A stretch of DNA of 42,220 nt from Acidobacteriaceae bacterium. GTDB lineage: Bacteria > Acidobacteriota > Terriglobia > Terriglobales > Acidobacteriaceae. The first letter of the stretch is position 1, and every line of letters begins with the position of its first letter. Shown here in pieces: positions 1 to 7,466 of the stretch. A model generated the notes under the pieces. That model did no database searches and was not told where the DNA came from. It worked only from the letters and a program-made list of their open reading frames with translations. The DNA is taken from the NCBI GenBank assembly GCA_003164855.1, contig PLUI01000225.1, positions 72,723 to 114,942 on the forward strand, given 5' to 3'. The translations under genes were made by a program, and so were the position numbers.

Positions 1-545
1 CTGTCGCAAACGATCCAATTCTTATCGGAACTGTCGACTTTAGGGCCGACGTTGACGGGATTGTCCCAGGTGAAACCGCCGTCGGTGGAGCGGCTCACAA
101 CCACGGCTACGGTGGTCGAGGTGTTCGAGATGGGCAAGGAAGCGATCATCCACACGCCGTGCTTGGCGTCGTAGGCCACGGCGGGATCGCTGGCGGCGTT
201 GTAGGGACCGCCGCCGTTTCCGGTGGTGAGGCCGGGGAGAAATCCGTGGGACCAGGTGCTGCCGCCGTCAGTGGAGGTTGCCCAGCCAATGGCGGTTGCG
301 CCGCCGGGGGCGATGCGTCCCGTCTGAAACGCAGAAACTTCTGTGGTGCCATTGGCCAACACATGGGGCTCAACTTCGGTGGCGTGCTGACCGGGAGGAA
401 CGGTGAAAGGGTCGGAACTGATCTGCGCGAGGGTGACGGAGGGAGCGTCCTGCGCATGGACAGCAGGAACGGTACAGAAGGCCATACAAGCGAGACAGGC
501 GAGCAGAGAAGTGCAACTGCGTAAAGCAGACAGAATTCGGGTCAT
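1..545 (-). CDS. Secreted BNR/Asp-box repeat (sialidase-fold-like) protein, N-terminal part; gene runs off the left edge
   Basis: Not in the ORF track because there is no stop in the window. My own translation from the ATG (complement of 543-545) gives MTRILSALRSCTSLLACLACMAFCTVPAVHAQDAPSV..., a signal peptide. Two Asp-box motifs S-x-D-x-G-x-T-W follow (TSTDGGSTW, RSTDGGFTW). The frame stays open to base 1. The listed ORFs 146..457(-) and 159..524(+) are other frames of this gene. Confidence 0.7.
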   Translation of the reverse strand, partial: MTRILSALRSCTSLLACLACMAFCTVPAVHAQDAPSVTLAQISSDPFTVPPGQHATEVEPHVLANGTTEVSAFQTGRIAPGGATAIGWATSTDGGSTWSHGFLPGLTTGNGGGPYNAASDPAVAYDAKHGVWMIASLPISNTSTTVAVVVSRSTDGGFTWDNPVNVGPKVDSSDKNWIVCD

Positions 546-697
546 CAGGATTGTCCTCAAATGCGGAGAAATGTTTGTATAAATTCTCACCTTAGAATGG
601 CAGGGCATTCGCGGGGGAAACGCAAACGGTAGTAGTGTGCCGCCGGGTGAACATTATCGCGGAATTACGGGGCTGTCAATGTGAAGTAATTTGCAAC

Positions 698-2389
698 TTA
701 GGGGCGAGGAACAGATTTGCCGGATTCTTGCACCGGCGTTGGAGTTTGGGCGAACGCAGACGCGACGTTATCGCTGTAGATTGACTGCCAGGCCGGGGTT
801 TCGAGCAGAATGTTGGCTAACGCTGAGTCCTTGGGAACGACGATGTAGCGGACATCGTGCTGATCGAGAAAATCTTTCCAGGCTGGCTCTACGTGCATGG
901 TCCTCAAGTAGGACTTAAGAAATTGCTCTCCGTAGAAATCGTGACGGTCATCGATTACAACTTTTGTTCGCGGATAGAGGCGGTAGATTAAATAGCCGCC
1001 CCAGAAATCCGGGGTGAAAATTGGGCCTTGTACATTGCGTTGTTCCAGGTAGCTCACAGCGCCGACCGGGAAACGCTTCGTATCGAAGTGCGCGTTCGTA
1101 AGCGGTTTCGTCCCCAGTTTGCCGGCGTGGAAAGCGATCCAGCAAGTGAGCAAGATTGCCACGATCGGCCAGATGTGTCCGTAGAGGCTGGATTCGATGA
1201 CTTGCATGCGTTGGAGGAAATGAGGGGATGCTGCACCAGGGGAACTGGAGTCGATACGCCGCTTGGAGAGTGTGGCTGCGAATGTTTCGAGTGCATTCGA
1301 CAACTGCGGACCGATCACCAGAATCAAAAGCAGCGCTGAGACTGGGATGTTGCGCGACGCGTACAAGCCTGAATACACCGCGAATAAAACTATCAGGGCT
1401 TCGCTTGATTGGACTCCTATCGGTTGAACCGGGCTTGCCTGGCGGCTTTTGGCAGCTACCACAATTAGCGTGAGCATCAACAAGACGGCGAAACACTTCT
1501 GCGCTACACCGTGAAAATTGGGAGATTGAAACTCATCGATGTGATCCATGAGGAATCGATTCGAGAGATAACGGTAAATATGAAGGTGCAATCTCCAGCC
1601 GTAGGGATTTATTAGCGTTGTCAGCGCACTGACTATGCCGACGAGGGCCAGGTCTCGAGCCCGCTTCCCTGCCCTTATCTTTTGGAGAACGGGTTCAAAG
1701 CGATCTTCTGTGAGCCGGAACCATCGCCAAACTGCGCTAAGCCAGTAAATTCCCAGGAGAGCAAAGGCAACAAGAAAACCTCCGTGAACATTTACCCAGA
1801 CGACGAGCAGCGGCGGAAGCAGCCACAATGACCAACTTGGCGCGCGTTTACCTCCGTTAGGTTGTTGCTTGTCGGATGATTCCAGTATCCAAAAGCACGC
1901 CACAGTGAGCAGCCAGCTCACAACGTGCGGGCGCGCGAGAAAATGAATCATGGACGCTGACGTGGCCAGTAGCACCAGGATGAGAGCCACGAGAAAGTTT
2001 GTGCCACGGCGCATAAGTAAACGAAATGCCCACGAGAAAGTCAGGGCGATGATGGAGGCAGTGAAGAAGACTACGCCGTTCAGCCCAGCGGCCCGATCCA
2101 GCCAGCCGACGAGCGCGTCATAGAGCCACTCCCAGGCAAACCAGGGCTGGCCGGCCATGGTCGAAGAGAAAGGATCGACGCGCGGAATGGTGTGGGTCGC
2201 GAGAATCAATTGCCCAGTCCGAATGTGCCAGCCGATTCCGGCATCTCCAAGCAAGCGTACCGAGAGGGCGCTGTAGGCGAGGAGCCCGAGCAGGGCGATG
2301 AAAATCAGATCTCCGATTGAAGGCAGGAGCCATTGCGTCCACGCGGGATGAGGGTTCCGCTTGGCAGAACTTGTGGAGCCGATTGTCAT
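698..2389 (-). CDS. Polytopic inner-membrane protein with a C-terminal soluble domain (GT-C-like layout; function unknown)
   Basis: 563-aa ORF with many hydrophobic helices over residues ~20-420 (LLPSIGDLIFIALLGLLAYSAL, VVFFTASIIALTFSWAFRLL, FLVALILVLLATSASMIHFL, LLPPLLVVWVNVHGGFLVAFALLGIYWL). A ~130-aa hydrophilic tail follows. The layout resembles GT-C-type transferases, but I cannot name a family from sequence alone. Confidence 0.75.
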   Translation of the reverse strand: MTIGSTSSAKRNPHPAWTQWLLPSIGDLIFIALLGLLAYSALSVRLLGDAGIGWHIRTGQLILATHTIPRVDPFSSTMAGQPWFAWEWLYDALVGWLDRAAGLNGVVFFTASIIALTFSWAFRLLMRRGTNFLVALILVLLATSASMIHFLARPHVVSWLLTVACFWILESSDKQQPNGGKRAPSWSLWLLPPLLVVWVNVHGGFLVAFALLGIYWLSAVWRWFRLTEDRFEPVLQKIRAGKRARDLALVGIVSALTTLINPYGWRLHLHIYRYLSNRFLMDHIDEFQSPNFHGVAQKCFAVLLMLTLIVVAAKSRQASPVQPIGVQSSEALIVLFAVYSGLYASRNIPVSALLLILVIGPQLSNALETFAATLSKRRIDSSSPGAASPHFLQRMQVIESSLYGHIWPIVAILLTCWIAFHAGKLGTKPLTNAHFDTKRFPVGAVSYLEQRNVQGPIFTPDFWGGYLIYRLYPRTKVVIDDRHDFYGEQFLKSYLRTMHVEPAWKDFLDQHDVRYIVVPKDSALANILLETPAWQSIYSDNVASAFAQTPTPVQESGKSVPRP

Positions 2390-2415
2390 CGCGCTGAATC
2401 TTATAGAGTGGCGGA

Positions 2416-3774
2416 ATGAACAGCAAGGCTACACATCGGGTGGTGATCGTAGGATCGGGCTTCGGCGGCCTGAACGCGGCGCAGTCGCTGGCGGGTGCGG
2501 ACGCGAGAATCACCGTGATTGATCGGCAAAATTTTCACACCTTCCAGCCTCTGCTGTATCAGGTGGCGACGGCGGGTCTGTCGCCGGGGGAAATTGCAGA
2601 GCCCATCCGATCCATTCTGCGGCGGCAGAAAAATATTGAAGTGCTGATGGCCGAGGTCGCGGGGTTCGACCTGGAGCGACGGGTTGTGCAAACGGACGAT
2701 CAGGAAGTTGCCTACGATTCCCTGATCGTTGCCGCCGGGGCTAGTCATGCTTATTTTGGCCATGATGAATGGATACCTTTCGCGCCTGGACTTAAGACAG
2801 TGGAAGACGCGATTGAAATCCGGCGCCGCGTTTTGCTGGCTTTCGAACTGGCTGAGCGCGAGGCCTCCGGGGGCGAACCGCCCGCGCCGCTGAATTTCGT
2901 GGTGGTCGGAGCCGGGCCGACTGGAGTGGAACTCGCCGGAACTCTGGCTGAGATTTGCCGGCACGCTCTCGCCCAGGATTTTCGCTCGATCGATCCGCGG
3001 CAAACGCGCATCCATCTTGTCGAAGGCGGCCCGCATGTGCTTCCGGCTTATCCTGAAGATCTTTCGCGCAGCGCGTTGGAACAACTACAGCGGCTGGGCG
3101 TGGAAGTTCTAACTTCGACCATGGTCACGAAGATCGAGCCGGGCGTTATTTTCATGGGCGAAAGGCGGATGAACGCAGCTGTTATTTTGTGGGCGGCGGG
3201 AGTGGCGGCTTCCGCTTTGGGTAAAAAGCTGGGAGCGCCGGTGGATCGTGCCGGACGGGTGCTGGTGCAACCTGATCTCAGCATTCCCGATCATCCGGAA
3301 GTTTTTGTCATTGGGGATCTTGCCGCGCTTAAGGATAAGTCTGGGAAGATGTTGCCCGGGGTGGCGCCGGTGGCGATTCTGGAAGGGCGCTATGTCGCTA
3401 AACTCATTCGCCGTGAGATCGAGCACGGGGAAACTTCCCCTGGTAAACGCTGGCCGCGGGAGCCTTTTCATTACTGGGATAAAGGCAGTCTGGCTACGAT
3501 TGGGCGCGCCGCGGCTGTGGCGCAGTTTGGCAAGATTCACATCTCGGGTTTCCTGGCGTGGCTCGCGTGGCTGTTCGTCCATATCTTTTTTCTAATCGGT
3601 TTCCAAAACCGAGTGTTGGTTCTTATTCAGTGGGCATGGTCTTATTTCACGTACGAGCGCGGGGCGCGGCTGATCACGGGCAGTACAAAGCTTCCGGGGT
3701 GGAGACAATGGGATTCCGGGCAGTCCGTGAACAGCAAGGATGGACAAGAAATGTCCACCAAAACTTACAAATAA
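2416..3774 (+). CDS. ndh: Type II NADH:quinone oxidoreductase (NDH-2)
   Basis: Two dinucleotide-binding folds (VVIVGSGFGGLNAA and FVVVGAGPTGVELAG). Also has the VFVIGDLA motif and a C-terminal amphipathic/hydrophobic anchor (FLAWLAWLFVHIFFLIGF). The 452-aa length is typical. Confidence 0.9.
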   Translation: MNSKATHRVVIVGSGFGGLNAAQSLAGADARITVIDRQNFHTFQPLLYQVATAGLSPGEIAEPIRSILRRQKNIEVLMAEVAGFDLERRVVQTDDQEVAYDSLIVAAGASHAYFGHDEWIPFAPGLKTVEDAIEIRRRVLLAFELAEREASGGEPPAPLNFVVVGAGPTGVELAGTLAEICRHALAQDFRSIDPRQTRIHLVEGGPHVLPAYPEDLSRSALEQLQRLGVEVLTSTMVTKIEPGVIFMGERRMNAAVILWAAGVAASALGKKLGAPVDRAGRVLVQPDLSIPDHPEVFVIGDLAALKDKSGKMLPGVAPVAILEGRYVAKLIRREIEHGETSPGKRWPREPFHYWDKGSLATIGRAAAVAQFGKIHISGFLAWLAWLFVHIFFLIGFQNRVLVLIQWAWSYFTYERGARLITGSTKLPGWRQWDSGQSVNSKDGQEMSTKTYK

Positions 3775-3808
3775 GAGTAAGAATATTCTTGGGTAGTGTG
3801 AGGCGACT

Positions 3809-5122
3809 ATGAATGGCGCTTCAATTTCGCGGATTCTTCCCGGTCTCGTGATCTGTCTACTTTTGTGTTCGGCCGCTTCCGGCGAAATTCTGAAGATTGT
3901 TGTCGACGACACCATTCAGCCTATCACCGAGGAATATATTTCCCGCGCCATCGACGAAGCCGCGCGGCGCAACGACCAAGCTGTATTGATCGAGATCAAT
4001 ACGCCGGGGGGGCTGGTCGAATCTACGCGCAAGATCATCGAGAAGATTACGAACTCGTCCGTACCCGTCATTCTTTACGTCACTCCCAGCGGCAGCCGGG
4101 CTGCGTCTGCCGGATTTTTTATTCTGGAGTCGGCGGACATCGCGGCGATGGCTCCGGGAACGAATACCGGAGCGGCACATCCCGTGGTCATGGGCGGGGG
4201 CAACCTGGACGACGTAATGAAACAGAAAATGGAAAACGACGCGGCCGCGCTGATGCGTTCGGTCGCGGCGCGGCGCGGGCGCAACGTGCAGGTAGCCGAA
4301 AGCACGGTGCGCGAGTCGAAGTCATTCACCGAGCAGGAGGCGCTTTCGCAGCATCTGATCGATTACGTGGCTTCGAGCCAAGGCGATCTTTTCCGGCAGA
4401 TGGAGGGCAAGAGTTTCAAACGCTTCAACGGACAGGAAGTGACGCTGAAACTTTCCGGCCAGCCGATCACGCCGTTTGGCATGACGCTAAAGGAACGCAT
4501 CCTCGGTTATCTGATGGACCCGAATATTTCGTTCATTCTGCTGGCCATTGGCGCGCTCGCGCTGTATGCGGAGTTCAATCATCCGGGCGCGGTGATTCCC
4601 GGGACCGTAGGCATCGTCTTCATTTTAATCGCGGCTTTTGCTCTGAATCTGTTGCCGACGCGGTTTGCCGCGCTGGTGCTGATTCTGGGGGCATTCGCGC
4701 TCTTCGCGGCTGAAGCCAAGTTCGCCAGCCACGGAGTGCTCACGGTTGGCGGCATCACGCTGCTTACCCTGGGAGGGCTGCTGCTGGTCGATTCGCCGAT
4801 CCCGGAGATGCGGGTTCATCTGCTTACTGCACTGGGCGTCAGTGTTCCGCTGGGGTTGATCACGGCATTTCTAATGGGCATTGCGCTAAAAGCTCGGCGA
4901 AATAAAATGGTTTCCGGATCGCAGGGACTAATTGGTGAGACGGGCGTTGCGCAAACTGCGCTTTCTCCCCGCGGCAAGGTTTTTGTCCACGGCGAAATCT
5001 GGGATGCCGTTGCGTCGTCCGATGTGAATGTAGGCCAGTCTGTGGTCGTGCGCCGGGTCGACGGACTGCTGCTTCAAGTTGAGCCCCTGGCTGTGGCACA
5101 GGCCGTAACCGCCGTGCCTTAG
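3809..5122 (+). CDS. nfeD: NfeD-family membrane-bound ClpP-class serine protease
   Basis: Signal/anchor followed by a ClpP-like domain (LIEINTPGGLVEST...RAASAGFFILESADIAAMAPGT). Central TM bundle and a C-terminal NfeD OB-fold (GKVFVHGEIWDAV...GQSVVVRRVDGLLLQVEP). It sits directly upstream of an SPFH gene. Confidence 0.9.
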   Translation: MNGASISRILPGLVICLLLCSAASGEILKIVVDDTIQPITEEYISRAIDEAARRNDQAVLIEINTPGGLVESTRKIIEKITNSSVPVILYVTPSGSRAASAGFFILESADIAAMAPGTNTGAAHPVVMGGGNLDDVMKQKMENDAAALMRSVAARRGRNVQVAESTVRESKSFTEQEALSQHLIDYVASSQGDLFRQMEGKSFKRFNGQEVTLKLSGQPITPFGMTLKERILGYLMDPNISFILLAIGALALYAEFNHPGAVIPGTVGIVFILIAAFALNLLPTRFAALVLILGAFALFAAEAKFASHGVLTVGGITLLTLGGLLLVDSPIPEMRVHLLTALGVSVPLGLITAFLMGIALKARRNKMVSGSQGLIGETGVAQTALSPRGKVFVHGEIWDAVASSDVNVGQSVVVRRVDGLLLQVEPLAVAQAVTAVP

Positions 5123-5248
5123 TCGGTCCACGCACCAACGCAAGCAACCGCCCCGGTCCGATTTCCGCGCCCCCACGCGTTCATTGCGTTACAATCCGCC
5201 TCAGCGGGACTTGTGTTCTTGGAGTGTCGAGGTAGTGGAGGCGTAATC

Positions 5249-6043
5249 ATGGAGATTTCGTTTGGCTTCACCGCTGTCGTTATAGTCATCATCGTCCTCT
5301 ACTTAATTAGTTCAATCAAGATTCTGGCGGAGTACGAGCGTGGCGTTATCTTCCGGCTCGGCCGCCTGCTAACTTCAGCCAAGGGTCCTGGAGTTGCTTT
5401 GGTTTTCAGCCCGATCGACCGTATGGTGCGGGTTTCGCTGCGCCAGGAAGCGCTCGAAGTTCCGCCGCAAGACATCATCACGCGCGACAATGTTACGCTC
5501 AAGGTGAATGCAGTCATTTTCTTGCGTGTGATTGATCCCAACAAGGCAGTGGTGGAAGTTTCCAATTACGTCTACCAGACTTCGCAGTTTGCGCAGACGA
5601 CATTGCGCTCTGTGCTAGGCGAACAGGAACTCGATGAACTGCTCGCTCACCGCGAAAAGATCAACCTGCGGCTGCAAAGCATTCTCGACCAGCATACTTC
5701 GCCCTGGGGCGTAAAAGTAACGAACGTTGAGGTGAAGCAGGTTGACATGCCGGAATCGATGCTGCGGGCAATGGCCAAGCAGGCCGAGGCCGAGCGCGAA
5801 AAGCGGTCGAAGATTATTCATGCGGAGGGCGAGTTCTCGGCCGCGCAGAGACTGGTGGACGCGGCCCATCTGCTGGCCACAGAACCGGTGAGCGTGCAAC
5901 TGCGCTACCTGCAGACTTTGACGGAAATCGGGGTCGAGAAAAATACCACCGTTATCTTCCCCGTGCCCGTGGATTTCTTTTCGGGCTTGCAGAAGATGTT
6001 GGGTAAAAGCGGCGACGAGACGACGGCTGCCAAGTCAGCGTAG
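5249..6043 (+). CDS. SPFH/band-7 stomatin-like protein (slipin)
   Basis: N-terminal TM followed by an SPFH core ([14 protein letters not shown]...[26 protein letters not shown]...LRSVLG). Ends in a coiled-coil [17 protein letters not shown]. The track ORF opens at 5213, but the ATG at 5249 is preceded by GGAGG. Confidence 0.9.
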   Translation: MEISFGFTAVVIVIIVLYLISSIKILAEYERGVIFRLGRLLTSAKGPGVALVFSPIDRMVRVSLRQEALEVPPQDIITRDNVTLKVNAVIFLRVIDPNKAVVEVSNYVYQTSQFAQTTLRSVLGEQELDELLAHREKINLRLQSILDQHTSPWGVKVTNVEVKQVDMPESMLRAMAKQAEAEREKRSKIIHAEGEFSAAQRLVDAAHLLATEPVSVQLRYLQTLTEIGVEKNTTVIFPVPVDFFSGLQKMLGKSGDETTAAKSA

Positions 6044-6069
6044 TTCAACTTCGCGCCAACTATTGAGGA

Positions 6070-6759
6070 ATGGGTATGGCTTCGTCACAGGACACTGAAA
6101 TCACTTTAGGCACGGCCAAACTGCTGGGACTCTTTTTTGGTCTAGTAGTGATCTGCGCGGTTTTCTTCGCACTCGGCTACACGCTGGGGCGCAAGTCCGA
6201 GTTTGGCCTGTCTGCGGCAAGCACGCTGGCTCCATTGCCGGCCTCGAGCGGCGCGAAACCGGGAAGTTCCGGCGCTGCCGCATCCACGCCGATGACGTTT
6301 TATAAAGCTGTGGAGCAGCAGAACGCCAATCCGCAACTGACGCCCGCGGCTGCGGTTGCGACCACCGGGGATGCCGCGGGTGGTCATCAACCGGCAACGC
6401 AATCGACTGCGTCTTCACCGGAGGGATCTTCATCCGGCACACCAGCCGGCACAGCATCGGGCACAGCGGCGGCGGGCACGCCAACGCAGGGTGATCAGAC
6501 AGCCGGTCCGCCCGATCCGATGGCGCCTATTCCGGCCGGCGGTTATTTTGTGCAAGTGGCAGCGGTGAGCAAGCAGGACGATGCCGAGGCCTTAGTCGAC
6601 GCCCTCAAGAAAAAGCAGTATCCCGCATTTGTGGCGAGCACTTCCAACACGGACAAGCTGTTTCGCGTGCAGACCGGCCCTTTCGGCGACATCAAGGAAG
6701 CCGAAGCGATGCGCTCCCGGCTGATCAATGATGGATACAACCCGATCCTGAAGAAGTGA
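6070..6759 (+). CDS. SPOR-domain (peptidoglycan-binding) membrane protein
   Basis: N-terminal TM (LLGLFFGLVVICAVFFALGYTLG) and a low-complexity Ala/Ser/Gly/Pro/Thr linker. C-terminal SPOR-like fold (YFVQVAAVSKQDDAEALVDALKKKQYPAFV...FRVQTGPFGDIKEAEAMRSRLINDGY). Confidence 0.8.
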   Translation: MGMASSQDTEITLGTAKLLGLFFGLVVICAVFFALGYTLGRKSEFGLSAASTLAPLPASSGAKPGSSGAAASTPMTFYKAVEQQNANPQLTPAAAVATTGDAAGGHQPATQSTASSPEGSSSGTPAGTASGTAAAGTPTQGDQTAGPPDPMAPIPAGGYFVQVAAVSKQDDAEALVDALKKKQYPAFVASTSNTDKLFRVQTGPFGDIKEAEAMRSRLINDGYNPILKK

Positions 6760-6769
6760 CAGTTCCCCT

Positions 6770-6994
6770 ATGAAGCCTGACCGCCTGTTGAACCGCCGCG
6801 TGGTTTTCAAACTACACGGCATGGACCCACTCGACGCCACGATTCTTAAACAGGATGAAACTGGCTACTGGATTCGCGGGGGAACGCTGGCTGGTCAACT
6901 GGACCAAACCAATTGTTCTCTTCCCGAAAGCGATGTGCGCTACCTTGAGTTCAGCCGGATCGAGTGGCTCCGCGCTCCGCGGCAGCGGCTCTAA
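6770..6994 (+). CDS. Small hypothetical protein (74 aa)
   Basis: Open frame starting 10 nt after the SPOR stop. Third-codon positions are G/C-rich like the neighbouring genes. No recognisable motif and no clear RBS. Confidence 0.4.
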   Translation: MKPDRLLNRRVVFKLHGMDPLDATILKQDETGYWIRGGTLAGQLDQTNCSLPESDVRYLEFSRIEWLRAPRQRL

Positions 6995-7020
6995 GGATTG
7001 TCGGTCGGCTATCCGGCATA

Positions 7021-7049
7021 TTGACAAGCGTCGATTTAGCAGATATTTC
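7021..7049 (+). promoter_or_regulatory. Candidate sigma70-type promoter for the ArsR-family gene
   Basis: Perfect TTGACA at 7021-7026, a 17-nt spacer, then TATTTC at 7044-7049, about 10 nt before the ATG at 7060. The -10 element is weak, so this is tentative. Confidence 0.3.
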
Positions 7050-7059
7050 TGGTCAAGGT

Positions 7060-7359
7060 ATGACGACTCCTGCGACTTCCCTCGATAGCATGCTCCACGC
7101 CATTGCAGACCCCACGCGACGGCGTATTCTGGGTGCCCTCAAACAGCGCGGGACGAGTTCCGCTGGCAAGAATTCCGGACTTTGCGCGGGCGATATTGAA
7201 GAAAGGGTGAGTCTCTCGCAGCCCACCATTTCGCACCACATGGCTATTCTGACGAAAGCTGGTTTAGTGGATGCGGTGAAGCAAGGTCAATGGCGCTGGT
7301 ACCGCCGCAATGAGAAGGCTCTGCGGCGGCTATGGAAGAACTTGCGCGCGCAATTGTGA
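7060..7359 (+). CDS. ArsR/SmtB-family winged-helix transcriptional regulator
   Basis: LHAIADPTRRRILGAL...ERVSLSQPTISHHMAILTKAGLV..KQGQWRWY is the classic ArsR HTH signature. The track ORF opens at 6964, but the internal ATG at 7060 gives the usual ~100-aa size. Confidence 0.85.
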   Translation: MTTPATSLDSMLHAIADPTRRRILGALKQRGTSSAGKNSGLCAGDIEERVSLSQPTISHHMAILTKAGLVDAVKQGQWRWYRRNEKALRRLWKNLRAQL

Positions 7360-7396
7360 TCGAAAGCTAAGCATAGTGTCTGCGGGCAGGAACCAT

Positions 7397-7421
7397 GGTC
7401 CCTCCCTTCGCTCGGGATGAC
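7397..7421. repeat. Short palindromic element between convergent genes (GTCATCCCGAGCGAAGGGAGGGACC on the minus strand)
   Basis: Lies between the ArsR stop (7359) and the kinase stop (7467). It has an internal TCCC/GGGA stem and an adjacent AGGAACC/GGTCCCT near-palindrome around 7389-7404. Only one copy is present in the window. Confidence 0.35.
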
Positions 7422-7466
7422 ATTGGGTTTAACTCAGCCTGAAGTTAATTCAGCCAGTGAAGAATG

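Noticed and set aside
146-524. Track ORFs 146..457(-) and 159..524(+) at the left edge
   Set aside because: A third frame on the minus strand, open from 545 to base 1, encodes a signal peptide and two Asp-box motifs and explains the region.
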